A DNA stretch of 39,168 nt from a virus. Numbering within the stretch: position 1 is the first letter of the stretch; every line of letters begins with the position of its first letter. Below are positions 15,220-24,053 of this stretch, piece after piece. The translations under genes and the position numbers were made by a program. Below the pieces are notes generated by a model. That model saw nothing but the letters and a program-made list of their open reading frames with translations, ran no database searches and was not told the origin of the DNA. The stretch lies in the IMG/VR virus record IMGVR_UViG_3300045988_042241, positions 1 through 39,168 of that record; one strand, written 5' to 3'.

Positions 15220-15406
15220 ATTGAAACCGTGCCCGTTTTGCGGCGGCGAAGCGGTCATAAGCGTCGACCCGGATGCAGTGGAGGACACGCAAGGTCGACG
15301 TTGGGCGTATAATGCCGTGTGCATTAGGTGCTGTGCAACGTCAGGACTTACGTATACGCCCCAAAATGCTAAAGAGGCATGGGACAGGAGGGATGACAAT
15401 GGATGA
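15212..15406 (+). CDS. lar: Lar-family restriction alleviation protein
   Basis: Begins MAELKPCPFCGGEAV, then CIRCCATSG, then AKEAWDRR, matching the Lar family pattern (LKPCPFCGG ... AWNRR). Confidence 0.75.
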   Translation: MAELKPCPFCGGEAVISVDPDAVEDTQGRRWAYNAVCIRCCATSGLTYTPQNAKEAWDRRDDNG

Positions 15407-15863
15407 CTACATTAAACGGGAAGCGGCAATCGCTTATATCCGTGAGCAATCGGAAGAATGGCAAAAAGCGTTTGAGGAGCTTGGCGGAGAGAGCGAAATC
15501 TATGCAGACGCCTATAACGATTTGGCAGAGAATTTCTACGGCATTCCTGCTGCTAAGGTAGTATCACTTCATGACATTTACAGAGTTATTGCAGGACATA
15601 GTTATTATCATGGCGACCGTATCCTTGCGGCATTGACCTGTATTGCAGAAGGGAAAAAAGTGAACCCTGTGCGTCCTTCCGACGTGGCCCCGGTGGTGTA
15701 TGGGCGGTGGGAGCAAGTTAAAGAATGGGCAACAAAGGCAAAATACCGTTGCTCGGTTTGTGGCAGAGAAATCATGCCTGCTGTGAAAGTAAACATCGAG
15801 AAATACCCGTACTGCCACTGCGGGGCCAAGATGGACGGAGGTGCTGGACATGAGGCTGGTTGA
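15399..15863 (+). CDS. Hypothetical protein with a C-terminal zinc ribbon, 154 aa
   Basis: AGGAGG 7 nt before ATG 15399. Motif CSVCGREI-x14-CHCGAKM. Confidence 0.6.
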   Translation: MDDYIKREAAIAYIREQSEEWQKAFEELGGESEIYADAYNDLAENFYGIPAAKVVSLHDIYRVIAGHSYYHGDRILAALTCIAEGKKVNPVRPSDVAPVVYGRWEQVKEWATKAKYRCSVCGREIMPAVKVNIEKYPYCHCGAKMDGGAGHEAG

Positions 15864-16146
15864 TGTTGATGATTTGGGCGTGGGCCGGTGCAGCAAAGAT
15901 GTTCTCCCTGCGGCGTATTGTGCTGGTTGGAACGGCTTACTTGGCTTGATTGAAAAAGCCCCCACCGTGGATGCCGTGGTCGTGACGCGGTGCAAAGACT
16001 GTAAGCATTTGTGCGTGTGGAATCGAAAAGATATATACGCATTTTGCTCCAAAACAAACATCGCGTTTTTGCCGTTTGAGCTGGACACAAGGACATTCTT
16101 TTGCAGTTACGGCGAGAGAAAGGACGGAGGTGCTGACGATAGCTAA
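15850..16146 (+). CDS. Hypothetical Cys-containing protein, 98 aa
   Basis: GGAGG 8 nt before ATG 15850. Confidence 0.55.
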   Translation: MRLVDVDDLGVGRCSKDVLPAAYCAGWNGLLGLIEKAPTVDAVVVTRCKDCKHLCVWNRKDIYAFCSKTNIAFLPFELDTRTFFCSYGERKDGGADDS

Positions 16147-16156
16147 AACATCAGGG

Positions 16157-16477
16157 ATGCAGGCGTATGCGGAGCGGTACGCCGAGGTCAAGGCGCAGGC
16201 GGCACAAATGCTCGTCTGTCAATATATGCAGGACACACTCCAACTGGCACTGCACCAGACGGAGGGCTGGGGCTATGATCGCATTGCGCGGCTATGCGAA
16301 GCGTGGCAGCACATCCGGAACGAGTACAGACCGGCTATCAACCCCAGCAACCCGGCAGCGGATGTCATGCAGGAGCACATGGACCGAGTAATGGCACAGA
16401 TCATCAGCGGCAAGCAAGAGCTGATACCGTTTGCAGAGCGTTATCCGGAGCTAAAAAAAGTGAGATATGGGAGGTAA
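16157..16477 (+). CDS. Hypothetical protein (start uncertain; ORF open from 16076)
   Basis: First ATG after the upstream stop. A GTG at 16130 is also possible. Confidence 0.5.
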   Translation: MQAYAERYAEVKAQAAQMLVCQYMQDTLQLALHQTEGWGYDRIARLCEAWQHIRNEYRPAINPSNPAADVMQEHMDRVMAQIISGKQELIPFAERYPELKKVRYGR

Positions 16478-16480
16478 GGC

Positions 16481-17212
16481 ATGGTGCCTGATAAGATGCA
16501 TGCCGATGGTGAGCCGTATGTATGCGCCCGGCAGCGGGCGGGTCCGTTGGTGAAGGCGCTGGTGACGGACAACTACGGATATCTCCGTCGCTACGGGCCG
16601 GGGGCGGTGCGGGGCCGGTGCGGACCGGCTCTTAGCCGCACCAGCCTTGACAAGCTGGAGCTGCGGCTGGCGCTGTTTGGCTACGACGGCATTTTTTACT
16701 CGCTGACCTTTGACGATGACCATCTTCCGGCTGACCGTGCCGGGACGGAGCGCGTGTGGGACGCTTTTCTCAAGCGGCTCCGACGGTGGAAGCGAGGGCC
16801 GGTGGACTACTACGTGTACCGGGTGGAGGGCCTTCACGGCGACCACCGGCTCCACATCCACGTGTTTCTCCGGGATCAGGACTTCCCGCCGGCCGTGGTG
16901 CAGTACCTCTGGCGGACGTGGGGCAGCGCCTACGATGTGCGCTGGGACCGGGCGCGGGTGCTGTCAGAGGGCGGCTACCGTGGGCTGGCAATCTATTTCA
17001 CAAAGGAAGTGCCGGAGGTGGGCCGTCACCCGTGGGGCTGCTCCCGGGCGCTGAGTAAGTACATCCCGCCTCCGGAGGTGACCACCTGCAAGAGCGGCAT
17101 GGTGCGGCTGCCCAAGGGCGCCACACCGCTGCCCATGCAGGGCCGGGACCGTCCTCAGCTGGGCGGGTGGGGGCTGTACGGATACAGCCGGTATCTGCTG
17201 CCTGAGAAATAG
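16481..17212 (+). CDS. HUH-superfamily rolling-circle Rep-like protein
   Basis: Motif 1 FYSLTFD, motif 2 RLHIHVFL, motif 3 AIYFTKE, spaced about 50 aa apart. RBS GGGAGG. Confidence 0.65.
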   Translation: MVPDKMHADGEPYVCARQRAGPLVKALVTDNYGYLRRYGPGAVRGRCGPALSRTSLDKLELRLALFGYDGIFYSLTFDDDHLPADRAGTERVWDAFLKRLRRWKRGPVDYYVYRVEGLHGDHRLHIHVFLRDQDFPPAVVQYLWRTWGSAYDVRWDRARVLSEGGYRGLAIYFTKEVPEVGRHPWGCSRALSKYIPPPEVTTCKSGMVRLPKGATPLPMQGRDRPQLGGWGLYGYSRYLLPEK

Positions 17213-17245
17213 CGCTTTTATTTTAATAACAAAGTTTAGTATTAT

Positions 17246-17259
17246 CTATCTATAGATAG
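17246..17259. repeat. Perfect 14-bp palindrome CTATCTATAGATAG in an AT-rich spacer after the Rep-like gene
   Basis: Read directly. CTACGGA direct repeats at 17276 and 17287 (11-bp spacing) follow. Confidence 0.7.
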
Positions 17260-17321
17260 CGTATCCTCTTGAAACCTACGGAATATCTACGGACAACCAG
17301 CAAGAAAGTGAGGGAAAAGCC

Positions 17322-17522
17322 TTGCAAACGATGAGAAAAGGTGATAAACTTGCCATAAAGGATGGATATGCAGTTTGCCCGGTCTGCCGACACAAGACCA
17401 GTCAGGCAATCAGACCGGACACCGTGGCGGATAATCTCCAGCTCTGGTGCCGAAACTGCAAAGCGATCCATCTTGTGAAAATTGACCGTGGCCAGTGCTC
17501 GATGATTAGCCGGTGCCGATGA
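17322..17522 (+). CDS. Cysteine-rich KTR-family small protein
   Basis: Motifs CPVCRHKTSQAIRPDTV and LWCRNCKAIHLV. Start is TTG 17322 or ATG 17331. Confidence 0.6.
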   Translation: MQTMRKGDKLAIKDGYAVCPVCRHKTSQAIRPDTVADNLQLWCRNCKAIHLVKIDRGQCSMISRCR

Positions 17523-17664
17523 GCTCCTGTGTGTTGGGGGTACATCGGCGCCGGTTTTTGTTTTGCATTGTTTTTTGGCCTGTGCTCTTGTAGCCGGTGC
17601 TAATGCTCCGCCGTTGTGGCGGGTGTTGGCATCGGCTTTTGTTTTTGCCCGGAGGTGATAGCCC

Positions 17665-18036
17665 GTGGAACAGATGGCCGGTGCCGGTATCTCCGGCGCA
17701 AGGCTTCGGGAGTTGGTCTCGCTGCTGGCAGCGGGACAGGAGTACAAGTTTTACTCGTGGCCGGAGTGGCGCGATCTGCGGGCGGAGGTGCTGCGGCTGG
17801 ACCACTACGAGTGCCAGCACTGCAAAGCGGCGGGGCGGTACAGCCGGGGGTACATCGTGCATCACGTTAAGCACTTGCGGGAGCGGCCTGACTTGGCTTT
17901 GAGCGTAGTTGACCCGGACACCGGGGCGCGCCAGCTTGAGACGCTGTGCAAACACTGCCACGAGCTGGAGCACCCGGAGAGCCAGCGGCAATTTCAGCCG
18001 CAAGCGCCGCCGATTACGGCGGAACGGTGGGATTAG
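17665..18036 (+). CDS. HNH endonuclease (terminase-associated)
   Basis: Motifs CQHCKAAGR, HHVKH and LCKHCHELEH. GTG lies 7-8 nt after GGAGGTG. Located upstream of terS and terL. Confidence 0.85.
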   Translation: MEQMAGAGISGARLRELVSLLAAGQEYKFYSWPEWRDLRAEVLRLDHYECQHCKAAGRYSRGYIVHHVKHLRERPDLALSVVDPDTGARQLETLCKHCHELEHPESQRQFQPQAPPITAERWD

Positions 18037-18235
18037 CCCCCCCTTCGGAAAAACGGCTCTGTTTTCTTTGACGCTAATCGGGTGGGTCCAAGACAAAAGG
18101 GCGAAAGTTGGGCGTGCGCGCTGCCGCAATGCGCGGGCGGCGCGTGCGCGGCAAGGATTTTGACCAAGCCGACAGCACAGAGTGACAGAAAACGCTGATA
18201 CGTGTCAAAACCGCAAAAAGGCAAACGCAAAAAAT

Positions 18236-18324
18236 CCGGGGCATCACCCGGCCTCCGGGCCGGCTCCATTTTCCTTTCCTCACCGCCCGAGCCCCCGCGT
18301 GTCGGGGGCCGGGTGATGCCCCGG
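18236..18324. repeat. 18-bp perfect inverted repeat (CCGGGGCATCACCCGGCC / GGCCGGGTGATGCCCCGG) in the HNH-terS noncoding region; cos-region candidate
   Basis: Arms at 18236..18253 and 18307..18324. Inner hairpin GCCCCCG-CGTGT-CGGGGGC. Confidence 0.5.
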
Positions 18325-18403
18325 AAATCACCGCCATACTTGCGTACCATGTTTGGCTCGGGGAGAGCCAGACACGCAAGATGGCGATGCCCACAACGTG
18401 GAG

Positions 18404-18416
18404 GTCCGAATCGGAC
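18404..18416. repeat. Dispersed palindrome, copy 3 (HNH-terS noncoding region)
   Basis: The dyad extends to GGTCCGAATCGGACC. Confidence 0.95.
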
Positions 18417-18553
18417 CACGGATAATAAGCCGGTGTGCACGGCGGCGCTTGCGCCGCGGCGGGCTTGATTCTCCTGCGGCGGCTCTTGAGGCGGGGCAGC
18501 TGCGAGAGCCGCCGTGTGCGCCGGACGGAAAAAAGCGGGAAAGGAGGAGCCTT

Positions 18554-18889
18554 ATGGAGCAGGCAAAGGACTGGAGAAAAACCAAACAGTACCGGGAACT
18601 GAAAAAGTCCATGCTGGATAATCTGGAAGCCAGAGGCCTTTTGGAAAAAGCGTACACCGACAAAGTGGAGGAATATTTGGATTTTTGGTGCAGGCGCCAA
18701 GAACTGCAAGCGGACGTTGCCGAAAGAGGGCTAACCGTGGAGGACGATCGAGGTCGGATCACGGAAAACCGCAGCGTGTCCCTGGAAGTGCAGGTGGCCA
18801 GGCAGATGTTAGCCGTGTGGACAGCATTGGGCTTTAAGGACGCAGCAACCAAATCCGACACGCCGGGAGGCGGAGACGATGAGCTGTGA
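18554..18889 (+). CDS. terS: Terminase small subunit (P27-like)
   Basis: AAGGAGGAG before ATG 18554. 111 aa, overlaps the terL start, position-typical. Confidence 0.65.
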   Translation: MEQAKDWRKTKQYRELKKSMLDNLEARGLLEKAYTDKVEEYLDFWCRRQELQADVAERGLTVEDDRGRITENRSVSLEVQVARQMLAVWTALGFKDAATKSDTPGGGDDEL

Positions 18890-20549
18890 ACTGCCCCGGG
18901 CAGTGCTGAACTACTTGGAAGCTGTGGAAGCGGATACGCCCAGGGCCTGCCCAGAACAACACGCCCTGGCGGCACACATCCGAAAATGTTTCGCAGACGA
19001 AGACATTCATGTGGACACGGAACAGCTGCGGCGCTATTTGAGCCTGCCCCGGTATTTCCCGTATAAGCAACTTTTTCCCTGGCAGGAATTTTCAATTGCG
19101 CTTTGGGACTGCACTTACACAACAGAAGGCCGACCCAGGTGGAAAACCTTTTTTGCCATGGTTGGGCGCGGCGCCGGGAAAGACGGCCTGATCGCTTTTG
19201 ACTCTATGTGCTCCGTGTCTCCTTACAACCCGGTCAAGCACTACAACGTGGACATTTGCGCCAACAACGAGGAGCAGGCCATGACGCCGGTGCTGGATCT
19301 GGTAGAGACACTGGAAAGCCCAGACCATGAGAAAAAGCTGAAGCGCTTTTTTTACCACACCAAGGAGCTGGTACAGGGCCGGGAAAACAAAGGCGTTATC
19401 AAGGGGCGGACAAACAACCCCAAAGGCCGGGACGGCATGCGCTCCGGCAAAATAATCTTTAACGAAGTCCACCAGTTTGAAAATTACAACAACATTAAGG
19501 TGTTTGTCACAGGCCAAGGCAAAGTGGCCCAGCCCAGGGTGGGTATCTTTACATCTAACGGTGAGGTCAATGACGGGCCGCTGGACGATTATCTGGCCCG
19601 GGGGCGGCGCATCCTCTTTGAGAACGAGCCGGATAACGGATTTTTGCCGTTTATCTGCTGCTTGGAAACGAGGGAGCAGGTGCATGACCCGGACAACTGG
19701 TACATGGCCAACCCGTCTCTCTATTTTCTGCCGGACTTAAAGCAGGAGACTGCGGACGAGTACCGGGACTGGGTGGAGCACCCGGAGCAAAACGGCGATT
19801 TTTTGACAAAGCGCATGGGCCTCCGGGCAGGCTATCAGGAGATCAGCGTGACGGATTACGAAAAAATATTGAAAACAAACCGGCCGCTGCCGGATATGCA
19901 GGGCTGGACCTGTACGGTGGGGCTGGACTACGCAGAGCTGAGCGATTGGGCGGGCGTCAACCTCCATTTCCGGCGGGGGGCCGACCGGTATGATATCAAC
20001 CACGCATGGCTGTGCCGACAGTCCAAGACGCTGCCGAGGGTCAAGGCTCCATGGCAGACATGGGCGGAGGAAGGGCACTTGACAGTGGTGGACGATGTGA
20101 GCATCAGCCCGGACCTGATCGCGGCCTATATCCAGAGCGCCGCCCAAAAGTACAACATCAAGGCGCTGGCTATGGACCATTACCGCTGGACGCTGGTTGC
20201 GGAAAGTATGCGGGCTATCGGCTTTGACGCGGCGGATAAAAGCCGGGTAAAGCTGGTGCGGCCCTCGGACATTATGCAGGTGGAGCCGGTCATACAGGAG
20301 TGCTTTGACCGGGAGCTATTTTGCTGGGGCAACAACCCGTGCCTCAGGTGGGCGGTCAACAACACCAAGCGGGTGCGGAGCTCGCGAAAGCTGGGCGTGG
20401 ACACCGGCAATTTTATCTACGCAAAGATCGAGGCAAAAAGCCGAAAGACAGACCCCTTTATGGCGCTGGCGGCCAGCATGACCATTGAGCCGCTGCTGGG
20501 CACCGGCACGCCGCTGGCGGCGCCGATGATGGGGGCCATCAGACTATGA
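18879..20549 (+). CDS. terL: Terminase large subunit
   Basis: 556 aa. Walker A-like MVGRGAGKDG. Sits between terS and the portal gene. Confidence 0.85.
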   Translation: MSCELPRAVLNYLEAVEADTPRACPEQHALAAHIRKCFADEDIHVDTEQLRRYLSLPRYFPYKQLFPWQEFSIALWDCTYTTEGRPRWKTFFAMVGRGAGKDGLIAFDSMCSVSPYNPVKHYNVDICANNEEQAMTPVLDLVETLESPDHEKKLKRFFYHTKELVQGRENKGVIKGRTNNPKGRDGMRSGKIIFNEVHQFENYNNIKVFVTGQGKVAQPRVGIFTSNGEVNDGPLDDYLARGRRILFENEPDNGFLPFICCLETREQVHDPDNWYMANPSLYFLPDLKQETADEYRDWVEHPEQNGDFLTKRMGLRAGYQEISVTDYEKILKTNRPLPDMQGWTCTVGLDYAELSDWAGVNLHFRRGADRYDINHAWLCRQSKTLPRVKAPWQTWAEEGHLTVVDDVSISPDLIAAYIQSAAQKYNIKALAMDHYRWTLVAESMRAIGFDAADKSRVKLVRPSDIMQVEPVIQECFDRELFCWGNNPCLRWAVNNTKRVRSSRKLGVDTGNFIYAKIEAKSRKTDPFMALAASMTIEPLLGTGTPLAAPMMGAIRL

Positions 20550-20551
20550 CG

Positions 20552-20564
20552 GTCCGAATCGGAC
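20552..20564. repeat. Dispersed palindrome, copy 4 (terL-portal gap)
   Basis: 17-bp dyad CGGTCCGAATCGGACCG starting right after the terL stop; an RBS follows. Confidence 0.95.
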
Positions 20565-20580
20565 CGGAGAAAGGCTGACT

Positions 20581-21783
20581 ATGGGATTGAGATTTTTTGA
20601 ATGGCTGGCGGGAAAGGGCGGACGAACCGCCACGGCAGAGGTCACGTGCCAAGAGCTTTTTGACGCGGCGGCGGACCTGCAGATACGGCAGCTATGCTTT
20701 TGGACCTGCGCCAACATGGTGGCTAACGCCATCGGACGGTGCGAGGTGCGAGTATTCCGGGGCGGCGAAGAAACGCAGGACCGCGAGTACTACATGTGGA
20801 ACTACGAGCCGAACCTAAACGAAAACAGCACGATGTTCTGGCACAAGGCTGTTGGCAAACTCTACACGGACAATGAGGCTCTGATCGTATCGAGCAGGCG
20901 GCGGGACACCGGGACGGATGCCGTGCTTGTGGCGGACAGCTGGCAGCAAAACACCCACTGGGCCGTGCGGATGAACGAGTACACCGGAGTAACGGTGGGG
21001 GACACCGCCTACGATAAGACGTTCCGCGAAAACGAGGTGCTGCACCTAAAGCTCCACCACAACGCCATGCGGCCGGTGATCGACGGGCTGTATGCCTCCT
21101 ATTACAGGCTGGCAAGAGCGGCCATGCGCGCTTACCAATGGGATCGTGGGCAGCACTGGAAAGTCCATGTCAACCAGATCGCAGCGGGCACGCAGGACTT
21201 TGAGGCAAAATTTGCAAAGATGATCGCCGAGCAGATCAAGCCCTTTTTTGACAGCGACGCGGCGGTGCTGCCGGAATTTGACGGATACAGCTACGAGCGC
21301 TCCGATGGCGGCAGCTCCGGCAGCAGCAAAAGCGGAGACAGCCGGGACATCCGAAATCTTATTGAGGACATTTTTGATTTTACGGCAAGGGGCTTTCTCA
21401 TCCCGGCGGTGCTGGTCAACGGCACCGTGCAGGGGACCGCGGACGCCAACAGCCGCTTTTTGACCCAGTGCATCGACCCCATCTGCGACCAGTTACAGGA
21501 GGAGATCACCCGCAAGCGCTACGGCTATGACGGGTGGAAGCAGGGCAATTTTGTCCGGGTGGATTCCTCCGCCATCCTCCACTTTGACATTTTTGCCAAC
21601 GCGGCCAATGTGGAAAAGCTGGTAGGCAGCGGCGCCTTTAGCGTCAACGATGTGCTGCGGGCCACCAATCAGGCGGCCATCGGCGAGGATTGGGCCAACG
21701 AGCATTTTTTGACCCTTAACATCGCAAAAATACAAGAGGCCGCCCAGCAGCTTGGCGGCGAGAAAGGAGCGGGCAATGAGTAA
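20581..21783 (+). CDS. Portal protein (HK97-type)
   Basis: 400 aa, immediately after terL and before the ClpP-type protease. Confidence 0.8.
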   Translation: MGLRFFEWLAGKGGRTATAEVTCQELFDAAADLQIRQLCFWTCANMVANAIGRCEVRVFRGGEETQDREYYMWNYEPNLNENSTMFWHKAVGKLYTDNEALIVSSRRRDTGTDAVLVADSWQQNTHWAVRMNEYTGVTVGDTAYDKTFRENEVLHLKLHHNAMRPVIDGLYASYYRLARAAMRAYQWDRGQHWKVHVNQIAAGTQDFEAKFAKMIAEQIKPFFDSDAAVLPEFDGYSYERSDGGSSGSSKSGDSRDIRNLIEDIFDFTARGFLIPAVLVNGTVQGTADANSRFLTQCIDPICDQLQEEITRKRYGYDGWKQGNFVRVDSSAILHFDIFANAANVEKLVGSGAFSVNDVLRATNQAAIGEDWANEHFLTLNIAKIQEAAQQLGGEKGAGNE

Positions 21784-22555
21784 TCAGCCGGACAGAAGGA
21801 TGTGGGAGCTGAAGCAGCGGGCGGAGGACGCCGGAACGCTGGAGCTCTACATCTACGGCGACGTGGAGGGCGACAGCCAGAATTTTTGGACGGGCGAGGT
21901 CATCCGCAGCGAGACCAGCGCCAAGGCGCTGCGGGACGCGCTGGCGGAGTACCCGGACGCCAAGGAAATTGCCATCTATATCAACAGCGCAGGCGGCAGC
22001 GTGACAGAGGGTACAGCCATCTATAACCAGCTCAAGCGGCACAGCGCCCACAAGACGGTGTATGTGGACGGATTTGCGTGCTCTATTGCATCGGTCATCG
22101 CCATGGCGGGAGACACGGTGATCATGCCCCGGAACACCATGATGATGATCCACAACATGAGCATGGGCATTTACGGCAATGCGGCGGAGCTGCGAAAAGC
22201 GGCGGACGATCTGGACGCCATCAATGAGGCGGGCATGGCGGCGTACCTCCAAAAAGCCGGGGACAAGCTGGACGCCGGGAAGCTAAAGGAAATGTATGAC
22301 GCCGAGACGTGGCTGACCGCTGCGCAGTGCATGGAGCTGGGATTGGCCGACCAGTACGCGGACAAGGACGCGGACATGAGTCAGGCGGCGGACATTATGC
22401 AAAAGGCAAATTTGGCGCTGGAGCAGCGCATCCGTGTGCAGAAAAGCCTTGCCGCCCAGCTGCGGCAGCTGACCGCCGCGCCGGAAACGCCGCCTGCTCC
22501 CCCAACCCAGAAAACGCCGGAGCAGAAAAACCGTATTATGAGCCTGTTTGGCTGA
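21776..22555 (+). CDS. Prohead maturation protease, ClpP (S14) family
   Basis: Motifs IYINSAGGSVTEG, VDGFACSIASVIAMAGD and MMMIHNMS. Confidence 0.85.
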   Translation: MSNQPDRRMWELKQRAEDAGTLELYIYGDVEGDSQNFWTGEVIRSETSAKALRDALAEYPDAKEIAIYINSAGGSVTEGTAIYNQLKRHSAHKTVYVDGFACSIASVIAMAGDTVIMPRNTMMMIHNMSMGIYGNAAELRKAADDLDAINEAGMAAYLQKAGDKLDAGKLKEMYDAETWLTAAQCMELGLADQYADKDADMSQAADIMQKANLALEQRIRVQKSLAAQLRQLTAAPETPPAPPTQKTPEQKNRIMSLFG

Positions 22556-22574
22556 AAATTGAAAGGAGACGAAC

Positions 22575-24053
22575 ATGACAAACAACAACGATATCCGGAG
22601 CCGCGAGGTGCTGCGGGGCCTCATCCAGAAGGCCGTTAAGGACAACGACGCCGAGGCATTTCAGGCGGCCTTTGACGAAATGCTCCAGCGGGTGGGCCTT
22701 GACGTTAAGCAGGAGTACGAGCAGCAGATGAGCGACCTGCGGCAAGAGATGGACAGCCGCATCCTGACGGCCCGGGGCGTGCACCAGCTCACCGCCGAGG
22801 AGAAAACCTATTACCAGAAACTGGACGAAGCCATGAAGGCGCTGGACCCCCGGCAGGCCGTGACCGGCATGGACGCCGTGATGCCCAAGACGGTGATCGA
22901 CTCCGTTTTTGAGGATCTGCAGACCAACCACCCCCTGCTGAGCCGCATCAATTTTCGGGCCACCGGCGGCGCCGTGGAGATCATGGTCAACACCAACGGC
23001 TATGAGGAGGCGGCATGGGGTGACCTGTGCGACGACATTGTTAAGGAGCTGACCAGCGGCTTTAAGAAGATCAACACCCAGCTCCTCAAGCTCAGCGCAT
23101 TTTTGCCGGTGTGCAAGGCCATGCTGGACCTTGGCCCGGAGTGGCTGGACCGCTATGTGCGTGAGATTTTGTACGAGGCATTTGCCAACGGCATGGAGGC
23201 GGGCCTTGTGGCGGGTGACGGCGACAAAAAGCCCATTGGCATGACCCGTCAGGTGGGCGACAACGTGACCCGCTCCGGCAATGCTTACCCGGAAAAGGCC
23301 GCCGTAAAGGTCAGCGACCTGAGCCCCGTGACGGTGGGCAATCTGATCTCCATTCTGGCGGCGGACCCCAACGGCAAGGCCCGCCGGGTGCAGAACGTCA
23401 TTCTGCTGGTCAACCCGCAGGACTACTACCAGCGGGTCATGCCCGCCACCACGCTGATGGCGCCGGACGGTACCTACCGCAATGACGTGATGCCCTATCC
23501 CATGACCATTATCCAGACCCCTGCACTGAGCCGGGGCAAGGCGGTGATCGGTCTTGCGGACCGGTATCTGGCGCTGGCTGGCACCGCCACTAATGGCCGC
23601 ATTGAGTACAGCGACCACTACCATTTCCTGGAAGACGAGCGGGTCTACCTCATCAAGGGTTACGCCAACGGTATGCCTCTGGACAACAACGCCTTCCTGC
23701 TGCTGGATATTTCCGGCCTGAAGCCCGCCACGTGGAAAGTGACGCAGGTGACGGAGACCACGGCCTCCGATGACGCCACGCTGAGCGCCCTCTCTATCGG
23801 GTCTCTGGCGCTGTCGCCCACCTTTGCGGCGGGCACCGTGAGCTACACGGCCGCGACCACCAACGCAACCAACACCATCACTGCCGTGCCTGCTGACGCC
23901 GGGGCCGAGATCGAGGTGCTGGTGAACAACGCCAAGATCGACAACGGCAGCGCCGCCACGTGGCAGACCGGCAGCAACACCGTTAAGGTCAATGTGACCG
24001 CCGCTGACGGTACCTCCAAAAAGACCTACACCGTCACCGTGACCAAGTCCTGA
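22575..24053 (+). CDS. Major capsid protein (HK97 fold) with a C-terminal cadherin-like beta-sandwich domain
   Basis: Position after the protease; 492 aa. The last ~97 aa read ATLSALSIGSLALSPTFAAGTVSYTA...GSNTVKVNVTAADGTSKKTYTVTVTK. Confidence 0.8.
   Translation: MTNNNDIRSREVLRGLIQKAVKDNDAEAFQAAFDEMLQRVGLDVKQEYEQQMSDLRQEMDSRILTARGVHQLTAEEKTYYQKLDEAMKALDPRQAVTGMDAVMPKTVIDSVFEDLQTNHPLLSRINFRATGGAVEIMVNTNGYEEAAWGDLCDDIVKELTSGFKKINTQLLKLSAFLPVCKAMLDLGPEWLDRYVREILYEAFANGMEAGLVAGDGDKKPIGMTRQVGDNVTRSGNAYPEKAAVKVSDLSPVTVGNLISILAADPNGKARRVQNVILLVNPQDYYQRVMPATTLMAPDGTYRNDVMPYPMTIIQTPALSRGKAVIGLADRYLALAGTATNGRIEYSDHYHFLEDERVYLIKGYANGMPLDNNAFLLLDISGLKPATWKVTQVTETTASDDATLSALSIGSLALSPTFAAGTVSYTAATTNATNTITAVPADAGAEIEVLVNNAKIDNGSAATWQTGSNTVKVNVTAADGTSKKTYTVTVTKS

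Noticed and set aside
14700-16146. A recurrent C-terminal ...K/M-D-G-G ending in four consecutive small proteins, considered as a shared motif
   Set aside because: It is explained by the GGAGG ribosome-binding site of each downstream gene being embedded in the 3' end of the upstream gene (gac gga gg). It is not a protein-level signal.
17506-19122. Several 200-260-aa minus-strand ORFs (17506..18129, 18074..18709, 18328..19122)
   Set aside because: They run through the HNH gene, the structured cos-like region and terS in antisense. They are Arg/Pro-rich with no RBS.
22536-23624. 362-aa ORF on the minus strand
   Set aside because: It is antisense to the major capsid gene with shadow-ORF composition, and it would break the head operon.
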